A stretch of DNA of 64,000 nucleotides from Octopus sinensis (GCF_006345805.1 NC_043012.1:26226001-26290000), one strand, 5' to 3'; counted from the first letter of the stretch, positions 12,445 through 26,208 are shown. The notes: generated from the letters alone by a model not told the origin. Numbers and translations: made by a program.

Positions 12445-14094
12445 ATATATGTTTATGTATGTATATATGTATATATATATACATATATGTATATATATAT
12501 ATATACATACGTATATATATATATATGTGTTGCGTATATATTACTATATCTAAATGCATATATACATATATAGATATATATATATATATATATATATATA
12601 CATGTGTATTTTTATATATATATATATGTATATACGCAATCATCTCTGAAAGTAATTATATATCCGTTTATACACGCACACACACGTACTTATGTGACTA
12701 CGTTCGCGTATATATATATATATATATATATGTGTATATGTGTGTGGGAGGTGTAGTCGAGTCTGTGTGTAGATTCCGCAATTTTGTCAATTACTACATT
12801 GTGTCACCAATAATTACTTTCAAATATCAAACTTCATTTACTTCTGTTTCTCTCCTCTATACTAATATTCGACAGTGGCGCCACCACCGACCACCATCAG
12901 CCCCATCACGAGATAACTTCAAACGTATTGTACAAGCAGTTAACTCTTTTACTAAGAAACTTTTTTGTTTATGTATAGAAGTATGTATCTATGTATGCAA
13001 GTATGTATGCATGTACGTATGCATGTATATATGCGTATATATGTGGAGATTTATATATGTATGTATATGTATGAACGTACTTACGTATACACTCATATAT
13101 ATATATATATATTATATATATATATATATTATACGTCATATATACGTCATACACTTAAACGTTATATATATATATACATGTATTAGTAAAATATATGTAT
13201 ATATATATATATATATATATGTATATTATATATTATATATATATATATATTATATATATACATACATACATTAGTATACTAATGTGTCCATCTGTTTTAA
13301 TTTAGTTAAATTCTACGTCTTTGTGCGCCCGAGGATTGCTCTGCATTTAAATTGATGTAATGTTTGCAGCATTGTTCAATTAAATGGAGTTTATATATAT
13401 AGTATGAGTGCTTTCATAGCTGAGGTTTTTTGTCCCCTTATATTCTTATATTCAATTTATACGTGTTGATTGTTATTATAAACGTTACTATACGCTAGTG
13501 ATCTTCAGTCTGAGCTATGAACTATGCTGTTCCATCTATGACCTTCCTGTGATTCTTATACATCAAGTGTTACTAGATAAAGCAGTGTTTGGCATTCGTC
13601 TCTATCGAGAGACCATAGAAATTTTTTTGTCTGTATTGGTTAGAGATGAAGTGAACTCACAAGTGTATAAACATCTTCTGCTATACTGGGAATCTAAGTT
13701 TTACTGTATCTCATTCATCACACCCACTAGCTCAAAGGAATAAAGAGCATGTACTTTTGAACACTCTGGAGATTCGTAGCCTAAAACGTAGTATTCGGCT
13801 CCTGATCATAAGATCATACGTTCAATATAACGAGAAATAGTTTTCCTTAGAAAAGGTAGAAACACACACACACACACACACTCATATACACGCGCATGCG
13901 CACAACACTTAGGAGTTAATGGAGGAATGCTGGTAGACCAGTTTCAGTCCGGAACCAAAACACCTGCTTCAATCCAATCCGTAAAAGTCAGGGCCGAAAT
14001 GTTTTACAATTAAATTTACGAAAGGGAAGATACGATTTTAGGGAATTTTTGTCACCTGTCTTCCTCTTTCTTCGTTGTCTCCTTTTCTCTTCTG

Positions 14095-14480
14095 TCCTCC
14101 GCTTCACTCTTCTTCTTCTTCTTCTTCTCCTCCTCCCCTCCTCCTTCTTCTTCTTCTTCTTCTTCACCTTCAATTCACCCTCCTCCTCCTTCGCTTACTC
14201 TTACTAATACCACTATTACTACTATTACCACTACTACTACTACTCCTACTACTACTACTTCTACCACTACTACTATAACTACTACTACTGCCGCTGTTTC
14301 TGTTACTATTACTACTACTTATATTTCTTCTTTGTTTCTTCTCCCCCACCTCCTCCTCCTCCTCCCCTACTACTACTACTAATACTTCTACTATTACTAC
14401 TACTATTACTACTACTGCTACTGCTGCTGCTGCTGCTACCACTACTACTACCACTCCACTTACTTCTACTACTTATATTT
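14095..14480. repeat. Mosaic trinucleotide tract (CTT/CTC/CTA/CTG)
   Basis: Direct. Confidence 0.9.
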
Positions 14481-14953
14481 CTTGTCCTCCTCTTCTCACT
14501 CCTTCGGCAACGTCGTCTTCTTCTTCATCGTCTCATCTCCGCCACTTAATTGTTCTACTGCTACTACTATTACACCAACAACAACAACAACAACACCTAC
14601 TACTACAACTACTAGTATTTTCCTTCTTCTTCATACCTAATGACGAAAAACACCAGTGGCCATCATGAATCTTCAAATCCTTCTGCCCCATTCATGCAAT
14701 TTAACGCGGCACTTTCTGTAACCATTTGGTAAAACCCTTGAGCCCCTTTTCCCTCCTGTGTCTTCTATCTATATCTTCTCTTTTTCCTTTTTCCGTATAC
14801 TATGTATACGGTTGCTATGTCTAGCAAATCGATCGACCACATGTAGAAGCCTTTTATCGTTGATTCATGTGGATATATTTCGTATGGTTTGCGTGATAAC
14901 ATGATATACGTTATATTTTATAATTTCCTCATCTCACATAACCACCTCTTCCA

Positions 14954-15120
14954 CTTCCGCCATTTTGAAATGAACAACAATAATTCCTTTGCTAGGATGT
15001 CTACTGCCTGCCTTTTTCCTGGCTCTGACGTTATCAGCCTACTCAACGTTCCGTCTGTTTTATCTTCCCTCCCGATAAATGGCTGGTGCATCAGTGAAAG
15101 ACACAATATACCACGTGGTA
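14954..15120. promoter_or_regulatory. Possible promoter motif cluster (ETS plus YY1-like, CRE half-site, E-box)
   Basis: CTTCCGCCATTTTG at 14954-14967, TGACGT at 15026-15031, palindrome TACCACGTGGTA at 15109-15120, in non-repetitive DNA. Motif match only. Confidence 0.3.
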
Positions 15121-15399
15121 CGAGGTTTTTGTGTGTCATATTTATACAGTAGAGTTGCAGCCATTTAAACAAAAAAAAAAAAAACATTTATGTCTCTGTT
15201 GTTATTTTTGTTTTTGTTATTTTCTACTTGTTTGTAACTCTTCTTTGTTCTCTGTTTTCCTTTTCAGATACAAAGTTATCAACAATAATAGATTTCTATA
15301 TAATTTTGTTTTATCAAAATCATCAATTTAACATTTTAATATTATTATTATTATTATCAGCATCACTTTTATTTTATTCTTGTTGTTGTATTTCAATTT

Positions 15400-15680
15400 G
15401 TTATTATTATTATTATTATTATTAATTATTATTATTATTATTATTATTATCATTATCATCATCATCATCGTCATCATCATCGTCATCGTCATCATCCATC
15501 CTCGTCATCTCTCATCATCATCATATCATCATTATTCTATTAATATCATCATCATCATCGTCATCATCATCGTCATCGTCATCATCATCATCGTCATCGT
15601 CATCATCATCATCATCATCATCATCATTATTATTATTATTATTGTTATTGTAATTATAGTTGTTGTTGTTGTTGTTGGTG
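15400..15680. repeat. Mosaic (TTA)/(TCA,TCG)/(TTG) microsatellite
   Basis: Direct. Confidence 0.9.
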
Positions 15681-16025
15681 TGCTATTGTCGTTGTTGTTG
15701 TTATTTATATACGTATATGTATTTTATTTTTATATTTCTTTATTCCTAATTTTTACATTTCAATTTCTTGTTTTGATTTTGATTTTGATTTGATTTTATT
15801 CTTTTTTTTTTTGTGTGAAAATCAAAGTAGAACCTCTACTAAAATGAAATTTGCCACAAAATATCGATTTCTTTCAAATAGTCGTTCGAGGGTTAATTCG
15901 TGTTGCTGTATTTTTTTTTAGCTGCGGTTGTTGTTGTATTTGTGCTACTCTTAGTGAGTTGGTCTTTGTTCCGAGAAGGCTTTCGTTGCATTTTCAGCTC
16001 TCTCATTTTGTTTTCTTACACCTAG

Positions 16026-16092
16026 TAAAACAGAGCTGCAAATGTCACAATTCCTTCTTCGATGTAGCAGAACGTGATTGGGAAAACTTTAG
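16026..16092 (+). CDS. Candidate exon A of an unknown Cys-rich protein (KQSCKCHNSFFDVAERDWENF)
   Basis: Pyrimidine-rich acceptor ...TTTTGTTTTCTTACACCTAG, donor AG|GTAACT; open frame; phase-2 end matches exon B. Confidence 0.45.
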
Positions 16093-16195
16093 GTAACTGT
16101 ATTTAGGAGATTGTGTGACCAACCTGGGTTAAATCTGGTTGTAATGTAGACGATAGAAATAAACCAAGAATGATCTTGTCTTATTTTTCTTTCAG

Positions 16196-16301
16196 TGATT
16201 TCTTTGCGTGCTCGAACCCGAAATTCCTTTTCACCATGAAAAGTAAAAATGCCATTTGCAGGAAGCCAGTTTATAAGTTTCCCGAGAAGAATTATTTAGA
16301 G
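16196..16301 (+). CDS. Candidate exon B (S-DFFACSNPKFLFTMKSKNAICRKPVYKFPEKNYLE)
   Basis: Acceptor TTGTCTTATTTTTCTTTCAG after a 103-nt GT-AG intron; 106 nt open in the required phase; donor GAG|GTGACA, phase 0. Confidence 0.45.
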
Positions 16302-16859
16302 GTGACATTACTAGGGAAACAAAACTTAAATTGAAAGTGATATATTTAAAGCAGAGAGGATAAAGTACCTGATTCGATGATATTTATCTCAAAACGGTAA
16401 AACAAGAAGATTTTTATTGCAAAGTCGTAGTTCATAAAAGAGGCAGATTTTCATATGTCTCGATGCTTTTGCCTGAAAATATTAATGTGAATATGACGAA
16501 GTTTTATCTTTGGTTATTAGTGACTGCCAGAAATTACATCCTAATCTCCATCAAATCAGGTCCTCTGAAAAAAAGGGAAGAAAACAGATAATATAGTTCT
16601 TGACTTTGTGTTGCTAGATGAATTAATTCGTTTCTGTCCAATGTTATTTGAACAAGCAAGGAACATTTAATTGTAATGTTTTATGTGGTTTTTATTAGTC
16701 CTTTACACCTATTGTTTATCGTTTTTGAAATTGAAATGAAATTTACCTCTTTACGGATTTATAACGGCGGGATAACAAGTAATAAAAAAAAGTTTGCACT
16801 TTCAACACCTGGTTCTCTTCGCTTTCAATCAAGGTTCTAAAGCTGACAAAGACGAGTGA

Positions 16860-17086
16860 GTCATTTCTCCAGTGTCCAAAGACAGTGCTATTATTGATAG
16901 AACTGCACAAAAATGGTTTTCACGTTTAAAAGACGGGAAATTCACCCTCCCAGAGACTCTGCATTCCAGTCGACCTTTTAAATTCCAGAGGGTTAGGGTT
17001 AGGGTTAGCGTTAGGGTTAGAATTAGGGTGTGGGTTAGGATTAGGGTTAGGGTGAGGGTGAGGTTATGATTAGGGTTAGGGTTAGA

Positions 17087-17152
<66 letters not shown>

Positions 17153-17157
17153 TAGGT

Positions 17158-17191
<34 letters not shown>

Positions 17192-17300
17192 TGTTTAGAG
17201 TAGGGTTACGGTTAGGGTTAAGGTTATGGTAGGGTTAGGGTTAGGGTTAGAGCTCCTCTCGGAAGATCTTCCCAATCCAGTAGGGAAATCGCTAAGCTGA
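16860..17300 (+). mobile_element. Mariner transposase N-terminal (HTH) remnant split by a telomeric tract
   Basis: Left of the tract: DRTAQKWFSRLKDGKFTL..TLHSSRP. Right of it: ELLSED then (frameshift) SSREIAKLIQC. Both resemble the mariner HTH region. Confidence 0.7.
16990..17250 (+). repeat. Interstitial telomeric sequence (TTAGGG)n, roughly 40 degenerate units
   Basis: Direct; variants include TTTAGGG and TTAGCG. Confidence 0.97.
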
Positions 17301-17399
17301 TACAATGCGTTGGGATACTCACGGCTGGAATACTGTGATTATATGTATTGCATTAACCTATATATTATCGGTAAATTAGGAATAATTCCATTTATCCAG

Positions 17400-17510
17400 A
17401 TTTGTGAAATATCACTATGTGCTATCAACAATTTACTTAATACTGATGAAAGCTTTTATATTAGATGTGATGAGGCGGATATTTTGTTAAATAAAACGTG
17501 TGGCCTATAA
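17400..17510 (+). CDS. Candidate terminal exon C (ICEISLCAINNLLNTDESFYIRCDEADILLNKTCGL*)
   Basis: Acceptor TTCCATTTATCCAG, phase 0 matching exon B, 36 codons then TAA; AATAAA at 17715-17720. Confidence 0.4.
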   Translation: MCEISLCAINNLLNTDESFYIRCDEADILLNKTCGL

Positions 17511-17834
17511 ACATTTGTCAAACACTGCAAATTGACAGACGGACATGAGGGGAAAATATAGACACACACAGATATATACGTACACCTACAGGCACACACA
17601 GGCACAAACACACTCAGACACAAACACAAACATACACACACAGACATACAGAATTATACGTGCATATGGACTTATAGAGGCACTTAAAGCTTCTCTCAAC
17701 CTTTCACATATATGAATAAACACATATGCCAGTACATGTGTATACACACACACACACTTACGCACCATATGAAATATATATATATATATATATTATATAT
17801 AAATGTATATATTTATACATATATATGTATAAAA

Positions 17835-18150
17835 AGGGTAAAGACCCCTTCGGTCATGATGACCATGGGATTGCACCTAGAAAGTTACCCTCCTAGACAC
17901 AAGTCTGGGCAAGGTTGTTTTATGGAAGACCAGCGTCGCCGCATGCCCACGACACCAGTGTTATCCAAGGGAAAGACAAAGGTCGATACAGCTTGGCACC
18001 AGTGACGTCCAACTCATTTCTACAGCTGAGTGAACTGGAGCAACGTGAACTAAAGTGCCTTGCTCAAGAACACAACACGCAGCCCGGTCCGGGATTCGAG
18101 CTCACAACCTCACGATCGTAAGCTCGATGCTCTAACCACTGAGCCATGCG
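17835..18150 (-). mobile_element. SINE family C variant
   Basis: Reverse complement GCGCATGGCTCAGTGGTTAGAGCATCGAGC...GTTCGAATCCCGG...GTGTTCTTGAGCAAGGCACTT. Confidence 0.8.
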
Positions 18151-18176
18151 CATTGTTGATATATATATATATATAT

Positions 18177-18251
<75 letters not shown>

Positions 18252-18269
18252 TATATATATATATATAAT

Positions 18270-18307
<38 letters not shown>

Positions 18308-18336
18308 ATATATATATATATTATATATATATATAC

Positions 18337-18480
18337 ACAATATGTTACATTACTCGGTAGTCAAGATAAAACTCTAGTTTCAGATGCCGAAGTGGAAATC
18401 CACAACACCATCTCTGTGGATTCCACTTCGGCATCTGAAACTCAGAGTTTTATCTGACTACGAGTAATGTAACATATTGT
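18337..18480. repeat. Long inverted repeat (~67-bp arms, 10-nt loop)
   Basis: The right arm is the reverse complement of the left arm apart from a few 1-nt indels. Confidence 0.95.
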
Positions 18481-18551
18481 ATAGATAAATTTCCTCTATT
18501 TACATAATATTGAGGTCTCTTTCTTTCTTTTGTTATCTTACCGTTTTATCA

Positions 18552-18582
<31 letters not shown>

Positions 18583-19109
18583 TGTATTTATCATGTACGT
18601 ATGTATCTTTGCATGAAAGTGTAGGCGATTGTGTCTAACAGGTTATAATTTAGTGTGCTAAATACATTGAAGTATCCAGATATATGTAAGAATATAACTT
18701 GCATATAAGTATATGTATATGTGTGTATGTGTGTGTGTGTGTGTAATTATATATTTATGCCCATTTAGCTTCAACATTGATATCTAGTTCTTAGCGCCCC
18801 GCGCCATACTCACCTCGCTTTTCTTACCACACCCACCTCATGCATTTATATGTATATATATATTGTTACATATATATATGTATATATATATAATATATAT
18901 ATTATATATATATATATTATATATATAATCGGAATATACGTTTACATGTATATATATAAATGTCAAGGCTCGTGGCTTAGTGGCAAGCATTGTTGCACTA
19001 ACTACTGTGTTACTGGAGTGGCGTTCTCGGCAAACCAAATCATTCCCTGTCGCTCGGCTCACCTGCAAATGGGTATAATACATGCCTATATACACACAAA
19101 CACACATTG

Positions 19110-19141
<32 letters not shown>

Positions 19142-19429
19142 ATAGATATATATATATATATATATATAGTATATATACGCACAGACAACGTTATCTGATA
19201 CGGAATTCAATAAACTATATCCTTGGGTCTGCTACATGTATACATCTACTACTTCTACAAGTACAGCTACTTGGCTGTGGGAGGAACTGAATAGATACTC
19301 GATCAAAGGAGCTGGGATCCTTCTCGTTCTGAATACCTATAAAGTCAATGTCGATTTTTGCCTTACATCCGACCGAAATCGATAAAGTATATTACAAGTC
19401 AAATACTAGTGTCAATCTAATTGACTGAC

Positions 19430-19650
19430 CATAGGCAGCAGCGAGCTGGCTGTATTGTTGACACGTCGGGTTTTAGTGCTTAGCGGCATTTCGTCCATCT
19501 TTATGTTCTGTGTTCAAATTCTGTTGAGGTTCACTTCCCTTTTCGTCCTTTCAGGATCGATAAAATAAGTACCATTTGAGAACTAGGATCGATGTAATCG
19601 ACATACATCTCCGTCAGAATTGCTAGCCTTATGCCAAACTTTGAAACTAA
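19430..19650 (+). mobile_element. SINE family A copy
   Basis: GGCAGCAGCGAGCTGGC head and CCTTTCAGGATCGATAAAATAAGTACC core. Confidence 0.75.
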
Positions 19651-20246
19651 TATAACTGATTGATTCTCTCCACGCTCAAAATTCTTGGCCTTGTGCTTTT
19701 ATTACAATCTAAATAACGAAGACGAAGCCTGGTGACGATCATTTGGCCTGTGTGAAAATATATGGCGTCAATTGCTTCCGATCATTGTATTCTTAGTTCA
19801 AATCGCACCGGGTAAAGCTGTGCTGTCCATCATTTCTGGGTCACCAAAATAAATTGGAGACAATATGGTATAACAATTCAATTCATGATATCGACTACAC
19901 ACTTCACTCAAACATCTTGGGCATCCTGCCCAACACGGAAACCATGGCTACTAATGTCGCTGTTGGTATTGTTGTTGTTGTCGTTGTTCCTCTTTTACAT
20001 CATGTTATTTTTATTATGTTGTTCTATATCATTAATAGTATTATTATTGTTATTATTGTTCTTGTTCTTGTTACTGATTTCAATCAGACGTAAATTATAC
20101 AGTGTCCCATATATGTAAAACAAAATATAAATCTATATATATATACAGACATACGTTCATATACATATATATATACACATATGTAACATATACATACATA
20201 TATATATGTATATATATACACACACACACACACACCACACACACAC

Positions 20247-20330
<84 letters not shown>

Positions 20331-20607
20331 ATTGTATGTATGTATGTATGTCATAAGACGGCTGTTTCGACGTGCCGGAAACGCCTGACGAACCACTTAT
20401 GTTGAAATACGTCTATACACCACACTATATTGATTATAACCAAGGCTAATCACTAGAGTACATCAGGGAAAGAAGACAAGTGATGAGTGTCAAAAGATAT
20501 TATGACAGGAATCTTCACAGAATATATAAATTTGCGTTTGCATCGGTTTGCGCCTATGAAAGTGTGTCCTTTTGTGCTTTTATGTGTGATTCTGCGTCTG
20601 TGCGCTG

Positions 20608-20640
<33 letters not shown>

Positions 20641-21229
20641 GATATATATAATATAATATACCATATATGTATATATATACATATATATATTCACATATCA
20701 TATATATATATATATATATAATATATATATATATATTATGTATGTATGGTATGTTGTATGTATATACACGTACCAACGTAATACATTATTTATTTTGTTT
20801 CTTATCAGGGAACTCATATCTTAACGCCTGTACGATCTTTTTTCGGAATTGGCGATCGGGGCGACATGAAAACATAGCTATTTAATGATGAGACATTTCT
20901 AGCAAAATACCCTTAATCCGCAATCAACACACACACATATACATAAACACATGCACACACACACAAACACACATACATGCATAAATACATGTATATGATA
21001 ATATATATGTGTATGTATGTGTGTATCTATCTATCTTTCTATCTATCTATCTATCTACGTATCTAGGCAGACATGACAAGTAAATAGACATCCTTATAAT
21101 CATTAAAATTTATATATATATCTGAATTTATATAATCAAATTATCTATTAATTGTTATAATGTGAATGTTTAATATTTAGTAGATACGCCCTCTGTATGT
21201 TTCAATGCAAGGACCTTATTACGCATGTT

Positions 21230-22290
21230 ACTGATCAGATGACGAATATTCTCTTGCGGAATTTCTTGACAAGTTTCATGCAGTAATCTGAGAAAATGCC
21301 TTCTTGCTCTTTTTATGAAGTGTGCTGTCCATTATGCCCCAGAGGTGTTCAATAGGGTTCATATCTAGTGAATAGTTTGGCAATCGAAGCTTTTTAATGC
21401 CATTCTCATCCCACAAATCTTGGGTCACTTTAGCTGTGTAACCATGAGCCCCATCTTCCATAAGTAGAGAGTCTTTAATTTTTCCACCACTGCAGAAGAC
21501 TGGAAGGAGTCCTTTATGTAATATCGACACATTTATCTGTGTTCATGCTTCTATCACACTCCACCTCCTCTGATCTACCATTCCTCTAATTGTTCACCCT
21601 GACCATCACAGAATAGCTGCCATGTTTCATTGTTGACAGCAATACTTTCACATTAAATTCTTCATCACAGAGTCTCCAGACCCAGACTCAAACACTGTCA
21701 GGCAATATGGCAAATCTGGAGTCATCAGAGAATATGACAGTGTCTCAAAATGCTAATGCACTCTCTACAATTTCACTGGCTTAATTTTTCCCCGCTTGAT
21801 GTTGGATGGTCGAAGAAATGGCTCTCTTCTTACTGCCCAACCAGAATAGTTTGTGGAGATATCTGACAGCAGTTGTAGGACTGACATCAACTTGTTCTGC
21901 TATGTCGGAGGCCTTTCACCGAGTATTATCCTCCACACTTCTCTTAACACAGAGAAGGGTCTTGTCAGAAGGCCTTGGTTGATCTGGGCGAGGTGATGTG
22001 GACTTCTTCCCCTCTATGGTGAGTTGCGCAATCACTGTATTAAGTGTAGAAAGCGGGATCCGAAAGTTTGCTGCGATTTTATGCTGACTATCTCCACCTT
22101 TACAATGACTCGCAACGCAGCCTCTTTGAAATTCATAAAGTTCATGGTGTGATTAAATAGATTCATATAAAACCTGAAACATAAAAACGTCAACTAATAA
22201 AAATATAAACCTTTACATGTAGAATAAACGTAAGACGATATTTCATCGTCTGTCATTTGCTTCTGTCATACCTGTTATATGTATATAATG
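21230..22290 (-). mobile_element. Decayed Tc1-family transposase
   Basis: LMEDGAHGYTAK...YSLDMNPIEHLWG (DD34E region); the HTH-coding part at ~21800-22150 resembles the copy at 24.1-24.5 kb. Confidence 0.85.
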
Positions 22291-22293
22291 GTA

Positions 22294-22348
<55 letters not shown>

Positions 22349-24099
22349 ATATATATATGATGTATAAAATATACATATAGTATATAATATATAAGTAATA
22401 TACATATGTACATATATATTTGTACATACTTACATATATATATATATATAATTTTAACCTTTAAAGGTAATTTTTAATATGTTGGCCATTGATAAAACTT
22501 TTTTCGGAAAAATTTTATCCTACATTAAATATAAATTTAAGTGTTCACTTCCGGACCCTCTCACTCTGTGAGAGCCTCAGTTCAAATCGCACTTGTCTTG
22601 AATGGGCTGGAGTATTTCTATTTTGGATCTATTTGGGGTACTTAATTGTGCTCATGACTTAGTATTTTGCTTCTTCCATGGGTATGAGTAAGTATCTCAT
22701 TTATTTCTGTACCACATTTACCACTTACGAACTAACCCCGAAATCGGTTCGATATGGTAATCATGGAATTTTTTAGAAATTTCTGTCGGCTTTTTATCGA
22801 GTAGCGTGCGTACTGTAAAAAAATATATGGTAATGGACAATATGTCCAATTTTCGCATATTTGGCATTAGAATTTTTTTCATTTGCCCTTATTTATAAGT
22901 TATACATATATTTGTATATATACATACGTATATGGGTAAAGGACATAGAAAAACATGAACAAATTGACAAACGAGAACATAAAAAACAAAAGTATAGAAA
23001 ATGAACTTTTTTCGAACAACGAAAGAAACAAATAGAGAAACGAGACAGGCAACATAAAGAACTTTCCTTTCATCAGCTGTCCCCTGTTTTATCTACTTCA
23101 TCAGTTGTCCTCTGTTTTATCATAATCACCATTGTCGTCGTCGTCATAACGACGATGATAATGCTGCTGCTGTTGATGATGATGTTGATGATGATGATGA
23201 TGATCATCATCATCATCACTATCATCATCACCATCATCATTATCATCAGCGTCATCATCATCATTTTCATTATCATTATCATCGTCATGACGACGACGTT
23301 GATGCTGATGATTATGTTGTTGATGGCGGTGCTGTTGATATGTGTGTGTGTGTTCCTATTCATATCTCTAAACACACCGAATAATCAGAGAAGGTCGCTT
23401 GGTTCCATCACATTTAATCACAAGCCTAGTGAAACACGACTGACCCTGGCAATAAACCAGTCTTACCTCAGGAGCTACAGAACGAACGGTCAAAAAAGTA
23501 GCCTATAGGCGATCACTTTGCTAAATATAGCAAGTAGATATCCCTTACATCAGGCCCTCTTATTTTTGAACAATAGATAAAATATATTAAAGGATTTGGT
23601 TTTAAATACACAGTTCAAAAATATAAAAGCAGGGATGGTCTTTGAGCAAAGATTGGTTGAATCATCGCAGACCAGGTGCAAAATATGTATAACAATAGGC
23701 CTCTCAATATCGCATGTGTTCCACCAGAAACAAATGCAACAAACTATCGAACCATTAAAATACAGGAAACCACCACAAAGACAACACTTGCATTGTCCTA
23801 CCAACGATGAAGCCGTAACTGTAGCACCGAGACGTATAGGAAATAGCGACCAAATACTCCTCGCATCAAAACTTGCCGTTTTGTTTGAAAGGAAGGGCAC
23901 AATGAACAATAAAGTAACTGATATATATGTGTGACGGGAGAGGTGTATAGGCAATGAAAGACGGAAGATGGAATATATGAGAATTGATTATTAATCGCGG
24001 CAATTGTTTCGACACATCTACACAGACATGCAGGAAGTAAATAGACGCATTTAATATTCAAAATTTCTTACCTAAGCGTCTTAATATGTTTTCATCGAT

Positions 24100-24550
24100 A
24101 TAGAATTTACAATATAATTATTCATTTTCATTCCGGGTGCCATTATATTAAACATTTGCGAAGAGTAACCATGCGAAGATTAACCATTCAGCAGAACTGT
24201 CATATTTTCAAAGAGGTCGTATTGTTGGGCAATCTGAGGCTGGTCTTAACCAACGAAAAGTTGTCAAAAACTCTTCAGATTGCTACTGTTAATAGAATGA
24301 TAGTGCAATTCAAAAGCCAAGAAAAAGAATCAACAGATCGTCGTCCCGGCCGACCTGGGTCCTCGGAAAGGAATCTTCGTTGTTTGAAGAGAATTGTTGA
24401 AAACGAACTGCGTTCGAGGGGTACTGACTTTGCAAAACAGCTAGAAGTTAGTCCAAGAACATGTGTTACATATCTACATAAGCTTGGGTATTATGGACGA
24501 GCAGCTACAAGAAAACCTCTCCTTCAAATAATTAATATCAAATAACAGAT
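24100..24550 (+). mobile_element. Tc1-family transposase N-terminal fragment
   Basis: RRPGRP...LKRIVE...YLHKLGYYGRAATRKPLL, matching Tc1 HTH and GRP/RKP motifs. Confidence 0.85.
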
Positions 24551-25029
24551 TTTGAAAATTAAAGGTGTCTATTTCCCTCCAGCATGTCCGTGTAGTATCG
24601 ATCCCTCACGGTGGAATTACTCACCAACTGGTTCAGGAGCATCCGACGGTGCAGGTGTGTCTCATCGGGTGACAAATAGACAGCTCTTTAAAATAACTGT
24701 TTCGCGATACATATTATCATTTCGTAGAAAGAAAAACAGCAAAACGAAGGAAATATCTTCATTTACATAGAAGATTACAAATAGAATCAAAAGATGCAAA
24801 AAAAGAAACGAACACTCAGTGCAGAGAGAAAGGTATCAAAAATAAACGTTGATAAATATGGATGTATAAACGCCATGTGCAAGCGGCATTGCCTGTGTAC
24901 ACTCATGTAAGCATATGCGAAAATGTAAGCATATGCGGACGTGTGGTTTGGTACACTCATGATCGCAAAACGAGATAAATAGTTACTTGGTGTTTATAAG
25001 AATGGGGAGGTTAGAACTAAACCTATTTC

Positions 25030-25480
25030 ATCCATAGTTTAAATAAAACTATGTTAACAGTTACTCAAATTCATTCCCATTGAATTGTGTTAAAGTACAT
25101 TTAAATGACTATAGGCATCTAGAGAGTCTTTCAGAAATTCTATTAATGATCTTCCCATTAGTTCTCAGAATAGTTAGGGATTCTTCGTAGCAGAGACGGA
25201 ATCTCCTGGAAATTATATTGTATCGTTTGGTGTGCCTTACTATGGAGTACGTTATGCTCATCCTTGAGTCGCGATACAAAATCGGTCAAGAATGTTCAAT
25301 GTCACTTATTGTTTCTCTTAAAGCTGGCGATATGGCTACGATAACGATTTTTAAATGAACCAGCAGACTGCCCAATGTAAACATACGGCTCTCCCCTTGT
25401 TTGCACGGTACATTTATATACAAGACCTCTACTCATAGCCAGGGCATTCGTCAATGGCATTTTGGTTTTTCTCTGCATAT
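25030..25480 (-). mobile_element. Penelope-like element, GIY-YIG endonuclease remnant
   Basis: LVYKCTV...[22 protein letters not shown], followed by a disrupted C-terminal RLCYEESL.IL. Confidence 0.8.
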
Positions 25481-25485
25481 GGAAA

Positions 25486-25528
<43 letters not shown>

Positions 25529-25632
25529 GATAGATAGATAGATAGATAGATAGACATCGATATATGTATAGATATAATATAATATATATGACTATAATGT
25601 AGATAGATAGATAGATAGATAATAGACATAGA

Positions 25633-25703
<71 letters not shown>

Positions 25704-25769
25704 AATATTACTTATATCAGAATAAGAAGCACACTCTAAAGAATAGCGCAGTATTAAAACCAAAAGTTA

Positions 25770-26208
25770 AAAAGCCTGGTCATAAGGTGACCAATGGTTT
25801 CGTATCCACGAAAGCTATAGGTCTGTGAACAGTTTATCACACTCTGCACAAAGACAATTTCAACTTTTGGAGAAACGCTAGGACAAAAATGTCAAAAGAA
25901 TAACAGCGAAATAAAGTTATTGAGGACGGGTTATCTAAATTTCGCTAAGGTCTCTTATTAGCTTCGGCAGCAAACGGGTTAACACATTTTTCCAGTAGGT
26001 AGCGCTTGAAATGAACACATTTTGAGAAAATTTCTTTACGCTTACTTAACAAACCAGGCATAGTATAATTTCTCTGTTAGCCGTTGGACAATTTTTCCGT
26101 AGCGTTTCTCTGCCTCAGTGAGGTGTCTTTGTATGGAATATCCTGAGGTGTCTAGAAGGCCATAGCTTTCGTGGATACAAAACCATTGGATACCAGACTT
26201 CAACTTTA

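Noticed and set aside
23550-24061. Overlapping 87-134 aa ORFs in unique-looking DNA
   Set aside because: No recognisable motif or convincing splice pattern; possibly a decayed element. It would need a database search.
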